Origin: Cyanophora paradoxa CCMP329
Taxonomy: Eukaryota > Plantae > Glaucophyta
NCBI GenBank assembly: GCA_004431415.1
Contig: QPMI01000562.1
Location: 1 to 64,000 of the forward strand
Length of the DNA: 64,000 nucleotides
Reading direction: 5' to 3'
A model generated the notes under the pieces. The model was not told the DNA's origin. It was given only the letters and a program-made list of their open reading frames with translations, and ran no database searches. Positions 41,115 through 53,604 of the stretch are shown in pieces. Positions within the stretch are counted from its first letter, which is position 1. Each line of letters begins with the position of its first letter. A program made the position numbers and the translations under genes.

Positions 41115-44100
41115 TCAGAGGGCCAGGGGCCGGGGCCACTCCAGATTGGCGTCGGCGGCGGGTACCGGCCGCTCCGCCATCGCGACGACCGGCGGCGCCG
41201 CGAGCTGCGGCTCGTCGCGTACCCCCCCGGAGTAGGCGTCGGGGGGCAGGACGACGTTGCCGGCGAGGGCGGCGCCGGGGCGGGCGCGGCGGGAGCCGGC
41301 GAGGCCGGGGGCGGCCTGCGGGGGCGGGGGCGGCTGCGGGCCGCGCTTGAGGGAGGCGTCCCCGCCTGCGAGTTGAGCCGCGCCGCCACCTGCCGGTGGT
41401 GCCTGCGCCACGGCCGTCACGCGGGGGTTACGCGATACGGAGAAGGGGCGGGCGAGGCGGCACCTCAGCATCGCCACGACGTCGAGGGGCGCATCGGCCG
41501 CCGCCGCCGCTGGCGCCGCGGCCGGCGCTGGGGGCGGGGCGGGGACGGGGATCGGGCGGGGGCGGCCTCGGCGGGAGGGAGCGGGGCCGGGGCGGGCGAG
41601 GCCGGGGCGGCGGGGGCGGCGGGAGCGGGGCCCGGGACGGGCTTGGCGGGCCAGGAGCTGGGGAGGGCCGCCGCCTCTGGGGCGAGGAACTTCTGGGAGG
41701 AGATGGCGGCGGGCGGGGCCCGGAGGGACCCCCCCGCAGGCTTGCCCGGCGACGCCCCCGGGCCGGGGCCGGGGCCGGGCCGGGGCCGGGGCGGGGGCCG
41801 GGGCCGGGGCGGGGCGGTGTGGGCGGGGGCCTTGGGGAGGAAGAGGTGCTGGAGGGCGGAGCGGGCGAGGATGGCCATCACCTCGGGCTGCACGCAGGCC
41901 GGGGTCACGCGGCGGCACGGCACGGCGGGGCGGGGCCGGGGCCGGGGCGGGGGCGCACGACGCGCTCGGGGGCACGTTGGCGAGGACGAGGCGCAGCTCC
42001 TCCTCCAGCGCCAGCTCCGCGTCCTCCACCTGCCCGGCGGCGTCGGCGCCCCGCCCGCCCCGGACCGGACCCGAGCGAGGCGGCGGGGCCGGCACCTTCA
42101 TGCCGGCCTTCTCGCGGGCGGCGCGCGCCGTCGCCTTCTCCCGGTGCGTCGCCAGCCGCACCGCCACCTGCGCTCCCGCGTCAGGCGCAGCCGCGGAGCG
42201 GGGCGGGGGCGGGGCGGGGCGCGCCTCGAGGCCCTTGGGGTCCTTCTTGCGGGCGACGTAGCCCCGCCAGCACTTCTGGAGCATCGTCGCCGCGTACACG
42301 ATGTTCATGGGCGGCCGCTCCATCCAGCCCCCGGCCTGCCGGCCGGCTCAGCGGGGCCGGCGCCGGCAGCCCGCGGGGGCGCGCACGCTCTGGAGCTCGG
42401 GGAACTTCTTGGCGTACTCCTCCCAGATGAACTTGTGCAGCGTGTCGGGCAGGCTGGCCCCCCCGGCGTCAGCGGGTCCGGGGGGCGGGGCGGGGCGGGG
42501 GCAGAGCGGGGCGGGGCGCACTCCTCGCCGCGGTCGATGTAGGTCTTGTTGATGAGCGCGAGCAGCGCCTCGATCATGTGCACCTGCCCCCGCCCCCCCG
42601 TCAGCGTTCGCGCGGCAGCGGGGGGCGGGGCGGGGCGGGTCGGGGCGGGGCGGGGCGGGCCTTGTCGTCGATGACGGGGACGTCGAGCTCGCGCATGAAG
42701 GTCACCCGCTCCAGCCGCGTCGCCTCGTGCGCTGCGTGCGCCCCTCGTCGCGCCCCGCGCCGCGCAAGGCGGGCGGAGCGGGCGGGCCGGGGCGCACGGA
42801 TGCCGAGGGGCGGGCCGATCTTGATGAGGAAGCGCGGGAACTGGGTCTGAGCGGAGGGGTTGGGGTCGGCTGGGGCGCGGGGCGGGGGCGGGGCGGGGGC
42901 GCGGACGAAGGCGGGGAGGTAGAAGTGCTCGCGCCGGGTCGGCGTCTTCGCGCCCTTCTTCGCGAACTTCACCCACCGGTCCGCGAACCTGCGGGGGGCG
43001 CGGCGTCAGGCACAGGCGGGCGGGGGGCGAGGGGCCGGCCGGGGGTGCGCGCTTCTTGATCTCGGAGACGGGGATGACCATGTCCGACTGCCGCGTGACG
43101 TCCTTGTACGCGTCCAGCACCTGACGGAGGAGGGTACGCGTGTCGTACGGGGGGGGTGCGGGTTCTCGGCCGGGGAGGGCCGGGGGTACTGCACGCACGA
43201 CGGCAATGAAGAGGTTCAGGAAGATGAAGTTGGAGACGATGATGTACGAGACGAAGAAGATGGCCGCCCTGCGGGGGGGAGCCGATGAGCCCGCGCGGGG
43301 GGCGGGGCGAAGGAGTTGAGCGCACGAGTAGCCCCCGTTCTGGCCGTAGGCGGCCGGGGAGAGGATGACGTCCCACATGATGGCGCCCCAGTTCTGCGGG
43401 GCGCCCGCGTCAGGGCGGGGCGGAATCGGGGCCCGGCGGGAGTCGAGCGCGCGCACGTCTCCGGTGGCCATCTGGAAGAGGGTGAGGATGCCGAAGGGGA
43501 CCGTCTGGAACCCGATGAAGTCGTTGTTCAGGTTCGCCGTCGGCGGCAGCGCCCCGTAGTACGCCATCCCGATGATCGCGTACCCTGCCAGCCGATCTTT
43601 AGCCCGGGGTGGGGGTACGCGCAGGCGGGGGGGGGGGGTACCGTAGATGACGAGGAAGCCGACGATGCCGATGTTGATGAGGGAGGGGAGGGCGAGGGCG
43701 AGGGTGTACGCCAGCCGCTTCAGCGAAACCGAGACCCGCACCAGCCGCAGCGTGTACCCCAGCCGCACGCTGCCCCCGCCCCTCAGCCCGGCGGCGGGGG
43801 GCGGAGGAGAGGGCGGGGCGGGGCGGGGAGGGCACCAGCGGATGGCGCGGATGGAGTTGAGTGCGGAGCGGGAGGCGTAGCGGCGCATGCCGAACTCGAC
43901 GAAGATGCCGAGCGTCGAGCCGAACGCCAGCGCCACGTTCAGCCGGTGCCTGCCCCGGCCCCGCCCCGCCTCAGCGGCCGCCGGGCTGCCTGCGGGTGCG
44001 GGGGCGGGCGGGGCGTGGCGGGGGCCCACCAGGGGTCCTTGAGGTACGCGCGGGGCCCGAAGGCGAGGAGGCCGAGGCCGATCTCGCACCAGAACCAGAA

Positions 44101-47100
44101 CGTGAACGCGATGTTCGTGGCGTCTGGCGGCCCGTGAGCGCGGGCGAGAGGAGGGGGCCGGGGCGCGGGCCCGGGCGCAGCGCACCCATGCTGAACTCGA
44201 GGTTGTCGTCGGCGTCGGCCTGCGAGGCGGGGCGCGGCGCCGTCACGCCCTGCACCGCACCGGGCCGCGCGGGGCGGGGCCGCGCGGGCGGGGCGGGGGC
44301 GGGGCACCTGGACGAGGCAGAGGATGGCGAGGTTGGCGAGGATGAGGACCGCCGCCAGCCACTGCCACGCCTTGCTGCACGGGGCGGCCTCAGCGGGGGG
44401 CGCCGCGGGGCGGGGCGGGGCGGGCCTGAGGAGGACGCGGCGGAGGCGCTCGCGCCAGCCGGTGGGGACCTCCTCGTCGTGCAGGCCGCTCTTCAGGTTC
44501 GTCTGCAGCGTCGCCAGCAGCGTCTCTGCGGGGCGCGTCGGCCGGCGGTGGGGCGGCGGGTCGCGCGGGCGGCGGGGCGCGCACTCTTCCACTGGATCTG
44601 GCCCTCCGTGAGGAACCCGAAGCGGACGGGACCCCCCTCCTCCCCCTCCTCCTCCGCCTGCCCGCCCCGCGTCGGCGCCCGCCGCCGGCGGCGACGCGGG
44701 CGCCGGGGCGGGGCCGCGGGGGCGGGGGGCACCTCGTGGTCGCCGGCGACCTCGGCGGCCTCCTTCATCATGTTGAAGGCGTCCGCCACCTGCCCGGGGG
44801 CGGGCCCCGCGTCGGGCGCCGGCGGGGGAGGGGGCGGGGCCGGCGGGCTTGGCGCACGACGGAGACGAAGACGGAGAGGACGAAGAAGGAGCCGACCACG
44901 ATGTACATCACAAAGTAGACGCCGGCCTGTGGGCGCGCGCTCAGCGCCTCCGCGGCTGGGCGGGGCGGGAGGCAAAGGTGGGCGGCGGCGCGCACCGCCG
45001 TGTTGTTGTTGACCTTGGGGCCGAGGTCGGGCCCGCGGGCGTCCATCACCTACGCGGGGGCCGGCGGCCGGTCAGAGAAGGAAGAAGCCTCTCAGGGGCG
45101 GGAGGGGGCGGGGCGGGCCGCGCCTCGCGCATGAAGTCGGACCAGCCGTCCCTCGTCACCATCCGGAAGAGCACCAGCATCGCTGCGCGCGGGGCTCGAG
45201 CGGCGGAGGCGGCGGCGGCGCGGGGGCCGGCGGGTGCCGGAGCGGGGCGCACCGATGCCGAGGTGGTTGTAGTTGTGGACGGGGTTCTCCCCCCAGACCC
45301 GCTCCTGCACGACCCCGTTCCCGTCCTCGTACGTCCCCACGCACAGCGCCTGCACCCCGCCGGCCCGCGTCAGAGGGGGGAGGGAGGCTGGCGGGGCGGG
45401 GCGGGGCGGGGGCACCCGCTCGAGGACGGCCTCGTCGGAGCACTTGACGAGCTTGCCGGCGAAGAGGCGCACCGAGAGGATCCCGAACACCGCGATCACC
45501 TGCCCGCCCCGGGGCCCGCCCCGCCGGCTCAGCGGGGGCTGGGCGGCCGAGGGGGCGGGGCGGGGGCGGGGCGGGCGGGCCAGCCAGAAGATGATGAGGA
45601 CGCGGGAGATGGTGGGGATGAGGCGGACGAGGGACTTGAGGACGATGCGGAGGCCCCGCAGCCGCTCCACCACCTGCCGCCCCCGCCCCTCACGCCCGCC
45701 CCGCCGGCCGGCGCCCCGGGCCCCGGGCGCGGGCGGACCTTGATGATGCGGAGGGCGCGGAGGGCGCGGAGGGCGCGCACGGAGCGCACGCCGCGCTGGA
45801 AGATCACGTTGTCCACCAGCATCGTCTGCCCCGCGCGCCCCGGGCGCTCGGCTCAGCGCCGGGCGAGCCCCGCGGGGCGGGGCGGGGGCGGGGGCGCACG
45901 ACGATGACGCCGAGGTCGAGGCAGTGGCCCCAGTCCCGCAGCGTCGCCCCGGGGCCCAGCACCAGCCCGTACCCGAGCACCTGCGCGCCGCCCCGGCCGC
46001 CTCGGCCCGGCCCGGGGGCGAGCGGGGCGGGCGGGGCGAGGGGGCGGGCCTTGACGAGGAACTCCTGGGCGAAGACGGCGAGATAGACGCGGTCGAGGCC
46101 GCGCAGCCAGGCGCGCCGCTCCTCCGGCGCGAACGGCGTGTCCAGCGCGATCGTGATCGACGAGAGCAGGATCACCGCCCTGCCCGCCCCGCCCCGCCCG
46201 ATTGGATCGAGGACCCTGTCAGGGCGGGGGGGCGGGGCCGGGCGCACGTCATGAACCACTGGTAGGGGCGCCAGTTGTCCAGCGCCTGCGGGGGCGCCGT
46301 CAGCGGCGGGGCCCCGGCTCGAGGGGGGCGCCTCTCCGGCGCACGATGCAGAAGGTGCAGAGGCCGCCGTCGGGCCGGAAGAGGAAGAGGCTGCGGCCCA
46401 TGCGCCCCACGGCGAGGCGCCGGTCCCGCAGCGCCGCGAGGCGCGCCGCCTCGGGGGAGAGCCCCGCGTACGGGTCCTCCTCCTCCTCCTCCCGCGCCCC
46501 CGCCGCCGGGGCCTCCGCCGCCTCCGCCGCCTTCTTGGCCCTCTCCAGCTCGACCTGGGCCTGCGCGGCCTTGGCCGCCGTCAGGCTCTGCAGGTTCAGG
46601 CTCAGGCCGGGCTTCTTGGCCGGCCCCGAGGGCGCCGTCATGAGGATCGCGGGGGCGTCCGCCCTGGAGGCCGGGGCGGGCGGCTTGCCGCTGGAGCCCC
46701 CGACGGAGGCCGGGGGCGAGGCGGCCGGCACCACGCGCGTGTTGCTGCCGCGCGCCGTCAGCCCGCCCAGCATCGCCTTCAGGCCGCCCAGCGCGCCGCC
46801 GGCGTCGGAGCCGGCGCGGGCCGTGCGGGAGCCGGCGGCGGAGCCGGGGCGGCCCTTCCCGCTGCCGGCGGCCGAGCCCGGGCGCGTCCAGCGGTCCAGC
46901 GCCGACTTCTTGATCTCGGCGATCGTCTTGGGGCCCCGCGCCGTCAGCCCGCCGCCCCCGCCCCGCGCCGTCACGCCGCCGTTGCCGCCGGCGCCGCTCC
47001 GGGCGGTCGCGGGGCCGGAGGCGGCGACGGTGAGGCCGCCGGGGGCGCTGGGGACGTGGTGGACGGCGGGGGGCCCCTCGCGGAACGAGGCGCCCTTGAG

Positions 47101-50100
47101 GGAGCGCTCGCTCTTGTCTCCCCGGAACGAGGTGCTCTTCACGTTCCGCCCGCTCTTGGGCTTCTCCTTCTCCGCCGCCCCCTCCTCCCTGTCGTCGCCC
47201 CCCTCCTCGAGGTGCGGCAGCCGCAGCTTCAGCGACTCGGCGACGGCGACGCGGACCTGCGCGGGGCGCGGCGGGGCGGGCCGCGTCAGGCGCGCCCGCG
47301 CGCGAGGGCGGGGGCCGGCGGGCGTGCCTTGGGGGCCGATCCGGGGCGGGCGCCGGCGCTGTCGGGGCGGAAGCGGAGGGCGGACTTGGGGGGGAGGGGG
47401 CTCGGGCCGGGGCCCTCGGCGCCCGACGCCGGCTCGGCCTCCGAGTCGCTCGGCTCGGCGAGCTCGCCGGAGGGCAGCAGCGAGAGGCGCCGGTTCTTCG
47501 GCGCCCCCAGCGAGACGGCCGAGCCCCTGCGGCTCGGCTCCCCGGGGGCCAGGCCCCCCATGGAGACGGCCGAGCCCTTGCGGCTGGGGGCCCCGGAGAC
47601 GACGCCCCCGATGGAGACGGCGGAGGCCTTGCGCGCCGGGGGCCCCGCCCCGGCGGCCCCCTCCGCGCCCGAGTCGACGGAGGCCGCGTAGCCCCGGGGG
47701 AGCTGCCCGCGCCGCGCGGCCGCCGCCTCGTCCTCCCCGGCGCCGCTCCCCTCCTCGCTCGTCCCCGCCTCGCTCTCGCTCTCCCCGCTCTCCGAGACCT
47801 CCTCGGCCTCCGCCCCGGCGGCCCCGGCGCCGGCGCCGGCGCCCGAGCCGGTCTCGCCGCTCTGGGCGGAGCCGGCGCGGCTGCGGCGCTTCTTCCTCCT
47901 CTCCTCCTTGTCGAAGTCGCCGCGGTACTTGCGGGCCGTCTTGAGGGCCATCTCGACGGCCTCGGCCTCCTGCTCCTCGCGCTCCTCGGGGGAGAGCTTG
48001 GTCCCGAAGACGAGGCGGGCGAGCCAGAGGCGGAGGCGGCGGAGCGGGTTGCGCGGGTCGTCGTAGACGTGGTTCTCCTCGTCCCCCTCGTACGAGACGC
48101 CCAGCTGCTCGAGGAGGATGGCGACGAAGACGTTGAGGATGATGAAGTTGCCCGAGCAGAAGACGATGATGTAGTACCTGCCGCCCCGCCCCGTCAGGCC
48201 CCGACACAGGGCGCCGGGGAGGGGCGGGGCCCGGGGCGCGCCAGCAGGCCCAGTAGGAGTTCATGGCGCGGACGCCGTCGTGCAGCAGCACGTTGATCGC
48301 GTCCCCCGAGAGCAGCTGCCCGCCCGCGCCCCTCAGCGGGGCCGAGGGCGGGGCCCCGGGCGGGGCGGGGCGGGGCGGGGCGGGCCTGGAAGATGGTGAG
48401 CATGGCGGTGGGCATGTCGTCGAAGTTCCAGCGCGGGCGCGGCGCCGCGTCGTAGAACGCGTCCATGTCCCCCGCGAACAGCTGCGGGGGGCGGGGCGCG
48501 TCAAGAGAAGGCGCCGGCTGCGCGGCGGCGGCGGCGGCGGCGCGGGCGCGCCTGCATGCCGATGAGGGCGGAGACGAAGACGTAGATGATGAAGGCCGGC
48601 ATGAAGCCGATCAGCGAGACCATCGACTGCGGCGGGCGTGAGCGCCGGGGCCGGGCGGGGCCGGGCGGGGCGGAGCGGAGGCTCGGGGGGGCGCGCCTTC
48701 CCCATGTTGCGGACGAGGTCGCGCATGGAGCGGAACTGGGAGAAGCGCAGCACGCGCCAGACGCGCAGGGCCCGGAACACGTACACGATCTGCATCGGCA
48801 CAAGGTAGCTGCGTCCCCCGCCCCGCCCCGCTCAGCGCCCCGCGGGGGCCCGGCGATGCGCCCGGCTTCTTAGGGCGCACATGTTGAGGACGCCGGCGAT
48901 GGCGATGCAGAAGTCGTACACGTTGAACCCCGACGAGAAGTAGATCTGGTGGGGAGAGATGCCGCGTCAGGCCCGCGGGGGAGCGAGGCGGGGAGGAGGA
49001 GGAAGCGGCGGGCGCGCCCTGGGCCCGAAGCCGAGGATCTTGACGAGGGCCTCGGCGCACATCGCGTACGTGAAGAACTGGTTCGCGGCGTCTGCGGGCC
49101 GCCCGGCTCGAGGGGGGCGGCGGGGAGGCGAGAAGGGGGGAGGGCGGCGGCGGACCGAGGGCGCGGGCCTGAGCCTCGGGCATCTCCTTGCGGTTCAGCG
49201 CGAGGCAGGCGAAGGAGAGGAGGATCAGCCCGTCCATCGCGAGGCGGAACGGGTACGAGAGCGCCACCGCGTTGCACGCCCGCCGCACGGCCCGCATCGA
49301 CCGCGACTGCCGCGGCTGTGAGGGGCGCGGGGGGCGGGGAGGAGGGGCCGGGGAGGGGCGCCTGGGCGACGCGGTTGGAGATCCTGCTGTAGCGCTTCTT
49401 GGCCTTGATCCAGGAGACCTTCGCCTGGTTCCACAGCACCTGCGCGCCCGCCCCCTCTCAGCCGCCCGCCCCGCGCTCGCCCGCCGCTCCGGGGCGCGGG
49501 GCGGGCGCACGAGGAGGAATATCTTGAGGCGGCCGAGGATGCCGAAGGGCTGGAAGGCGGCGTCGTCGTCGTCCTCCTGGCGCCGCAGCTTCTCGGCGTT
49601 GAGGCCAAGGTCCTGCAGCTGCTGGTTCGCCGCCCGGCTGCTCTGGTTCCCGCTCTCCTCCTCCCGCCTCCTCAGCTCCTCCTCCGCCCTCTTCTTCGCC
49701 TCGGCCTCCTCCTCGCGGAGGACCTCCTTCGTGCGGTCGTACTCGTCGCTGATCACCGCCAGCATCAGCGAGACCTGCCGCCCGCCCCCCGTCAGCGAGA
49801 GGCGGGAGGGAGGAGGATGGGAGAAGGAAAGTGCACCAGGATGAAGCCGCCGAGAAGCAGCAGGACGACGAAGAAGGGGATCGTCAGGGCCGCCCCCACG
49901 GTGTCGATGTACCTGCGCCCGTCCTCTGCTAAGAGGGGCGGGGAGGAGATGGGAGGGGGCCACCGCACCAGAACATGTAGGCGGACCAGCCGGCGAGCAT
50001 GGTCACCTCGTACACGAGGAGGAAGGAGTACAGCAGGTTGTCCGCCTGCCGCCCCCGCCCTCAGCGAGCGGAGGGGGGTACAAGGAGCGGGGCCGGGCGG

Positions 50101-51237
50101 GCGCACGTTGACTTGGCCGTAGACGGGGTTGATGGTGCTGTCGTTGGGGTCGACCCAGCTGGAGCAGTAGGTCCCCGGGGGCGGGCCCCGCCCCGTCGTC
50201 ACCAGGCTGCACATCCGGTACGGCCACGCCCCGGAGTCCCCCGGGTAGATCGTGCCTGGCCCCGGGGCCTCAGGGGCACGCGGCGGCGGGGCCGCGGGGC
50301 GGGGGCGGGCGGACCGGTGAGGCCGTCGACGACGCGGAAGCGGAGGGCGCCGGAGAAGATGTTGAGGGCGATGACCCCGAAGATAAGGAAGAAAAAGAAG
50401 AAGTGGACCGCCGTGTCCCGCAGCAGCGGCGTCGCCCTCTGGAACGTCGTCGAGAGGGCGCTGATCGCTGCGAGCAAGGGGCGCGTGACGCGCCGCCCCC
50501 GCCCGCGCCCGGGCGAGCGGCGGCGCGGACCGGGGAACCAGGAGAGGAGCTTGAGGAGGCGGAGGGCGCGGATGGTGCGGATGGCGTTGAGGTTGCCGGC
50601 GCCGGGGCGCAGGATCATCCAGCCGGCGCAGACGACGATGAAGTCCAGGTAGTTCCACGGGCTCGACCGGAAGTAGGAGCCCTTGTGGACGAAGACCTGC
50701 CCCCCGGTCCTTAGCTGACGCCCGCCCCCCGCGGCGGGAGCGCGGCCGGACGCACCCCGAGCGCAAACCACTTCAGGAGGAGCTGCGGGCGCGGCTTTAG
50801 CTGCGGGCGGGCGGGGTGCGGGGCGGGTGGGGCGCGGGGCGGGCGCGGCGGCTCGCCTCGAACGTGAACCAGCCGTTCACAAGCAGGTCAACGATTAGCC
50901 ACGCGTTCTTGTTAGAGTTCGCGCAGTTGGGGTTCTTCTGGCACTGCGCGTCCTGCCGGATCGCCAGCGCTGCCGGCGCGCGCCTCAGCGGGAGCGCTAC
51001 GGCGGCATTGGGGAGCGCACCGAGCGCCGTGAAGCACACGAGCACGAGACCGATGCCCTCGAACTTCTTGGACTTGATGATGTCGAGTGCCGCGTCCCGC
51101 TCAGCGCTGCTGGACTTGAAGATCCAGCAACTGCGCGGCAGCTCCTCGATCTCATCGTCCTCGTCCTCGGCGTACTTAAAGAAGGTGGAGACAGAGGGCT
51201 TCTGATAGGTGCCCGCCTTCAGCAGGACCTTAGCCAT
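41115..51237 (-). CDS. Four-domain voltage-gated cation channel (Cav/Nav superfamily), many short introns
   Basis: Four S4 segments (IRTIRALRLLK; FRALRVWRVLR; VRSVRALRALRALRIIK; IRAIR..RLGYTLRLVR), four pore loops, S6 FIFLNLFIAV, IQ-like LQKCWRGYVARK. Confidence 0.92.
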
Positions 51238-51651
51238 AGCTGACGCTGCTGCAGCTGTGCGGCGGGCAGCCCTAGGCCCTGCTTGCTATGCACTGGCGCA
51301 GCAAAGCCGCAGCGTACAAGCGCCACCGCTTGGTTGCCGGCCGAGCCGCCGGTACCTACCGCGTCGCCAGGGCGCCGGTTAAAGATGGCATGCAACTGAA
51401 TGTGCTGAGTTATTGCTGACTGATCACTCCTTCTCCACGCTCAGCTGCAGGCTGGGTCAGGAATCGACTGAATCGACCGACAGCCAGAGCTGCCAGACAC
51501 GTCGGCTGAGCTCGGGTGGCGTGGGGCGATGCCGTGTGCCCAGGAGTCGCCCTAACCGCCTAGTCTAGCTTCGTGCACCTGTCTCGATGCAGGCGGGGGC
51601 AACTTTAGGAGCGGGGGTGGGGGTACAGCAGCAGACCGCAACTTCATCATA

Positions 51652-52427
51652 ATGTCGACGGCTTGGCGAGCCCGCACGTTGTACAGGCGTTGTATTCGGT
51701 TAGGGAGGAGTTGTGCGTCGCGCCCGCCGCCCCTGCCCTTGGCGAAGCGCTGGCAGCGCTGCACATCGTGGCGGCGTCGCCGCGGCGGACGTGCATCGCG
51801 GCGACCGCGCGCATTTAAGCAGCTCAAAATGCGAGGCTAAAGCGCCGCGCGCCCGCTTGTGCCGCTCACTGCAGGCGCCGACCGTCGCTGTGTCGCAGGG
51901 GTCGGGAAGGAGCCGGACAACGTCGACGCGGAGCGCGCCTTCATCGTCGAGACGACGAGGGAGGAGTTCCGCAGGCACAGGAGTCTCCCGCCTGAAGGTT
52001 GGCCGCAGCGCGGCATTCCTGGCGTGTGCGTGGATCGCGTCGAGCTGACCGCTCGATCGCGCTAGAGGCGGAGCACCAGCTAAACGAGTTGGAGAAGCAA
52101 ATAGAGGTCCGCACGCCTTCCCGCGCCCGCGGCTCCCGATCCGAACACGGTGCCAGATTGCCTTGCACTACAAAATTCCGTATCCGAGGTGCCGTTTCCA
52201 TCGCCCCCTCAGCGACTCGTACCGCGCTGCTAGCTAGAGCGCTCTCGGATATAGAATGGCCATGGCGGGGCGCCCGGACGGCCGAGCTACCATTCATTTC
52301 GAGCTCACACAGCACTTGACCTTCTCACGCCCGACGTTCCTGCGGCCGCAGGTTACACAACTGCCTGCCTGCGGCGGCCATAGGAGGAGATCGAGTAATT
52401 CCCAAATCGCACGACGACGACGACTGA
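51652..52427 (+). CDS. LYRM1: LYR-motif protein 1 (spliced)
   Basis: ARTLYRRCIRLGR / ERAFIVETTREEFRRH / IE-IALHYKIPYPR / KSHDDDD*. Confidence 0.82.
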
Positions 52428-52950
52428 CGGGCGGGCGCCCCTTGCACTCCGCTCGCCCTGCCCCTGCCTCGTCCTTCCCCGGCCCGCCCTTGCCCGACCC
52501 GCGCGTTCCTCGGGCCTGCTCGCCCGCCTGTCTTTTGCCCGCCGCCTTCCACCTCTGCCGCTTCTCCCCGTCCCCCCCTCCAAGCTTCGCAGAGTCTCGG
52601 AGCCGCAGCCTGCGATCTAACCGTGGAATCTCTGCCAGCGACGTCGACCCCGCTTTGCCCGTGAACCCGCGTTTCCCCTTCCCTGCCTGTCCAGCTCCCA
52701 TGTTTACGATATGATGGTTGATTCGTGAGCGCGTCCCCTCCACGCCCGCCGACGGTGCCAGTCACATGCGCAGTCCAGACCGCAAATCCGGGACTCGGCG
52801 GGGCCAGGCGACACGGCTGGGCGCGAGGGGCCGGCCGCGGGGGCAACGTGCAGGATAGCGCAGGATGAGTTGAATCGATTATGCAAAGAAAAGTGCAGTA
52901 GCGTAGGCGGGCGCTGTCCCTAGACACAGACGCGCCTGCTGGCGCGCCGC

Positions 52951-53483
52951 CTAGAAGTTGGGGTTCTGCTGGACGGCGAAGCCGGTGGTCTTGCACATCT
53001 CCAGGTACTTCTTTGCGAGCTCCCGGCAGTTGTGCAGCGCGTTGACGCCTGCGGGATTGTTGTCAGCACTGGCATGGCGGCCATCGCGTGCTCTGGCGGC
53101 GAGCTCCCGCGCACGACCGCGGCGTTCGGGTATAGGCGTGCAGCGCGGCGCTAGAGCTGTCTGCCGATGAAACGCGGCACGGAAGTCGCACCCTCTCGCC
53201 GGTGGCAGCGAGTGAGCTCCTCCCGGACCAATCGCATCTCGCCGACCAGCGCCCATTTCTCCCAAAAGACGTGCTCCTTCTGCCGAAGGTAAACGACCGG
53301 GTCCTTGTGCGGATCGCTGGGGTCGAAGTTCGCCGGCTGTGCGCGAGGCATCAGGCGGCGGAAAGGCGCCGCGCGAGGCATCCGCACCATCGGCGGTATG
53401 GGCATGTGGTGCTTGTAGTCCAGATCCACCGGGTCCCCTGCAGGGTTGCCAGCCGCGACTGGAACTGTGAAGAACCCTCCCAT
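52951..53483 (-). CDS. NDUFB10: Complex I subunit NDUFB10 (PDSW), spliced
   Basis: FDPSDPHKDPVVYLRQKEHVFWEKW...REELTRCHRREG-VNALHNCRELAKKYL. Confidence 0.88.
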
Positions 53484-53604
53484 GGTTGCTGGATGCTGCG
53501 CTCTCGTCAGCACCGCATCTCTCGATTCCTGAAAGGCCCGCAGGCGCCCGGAAAGCCGCACCGATTACAGCGAGACCAGTCTGCTGTACCCCACCGAAGA
53601 GTTG

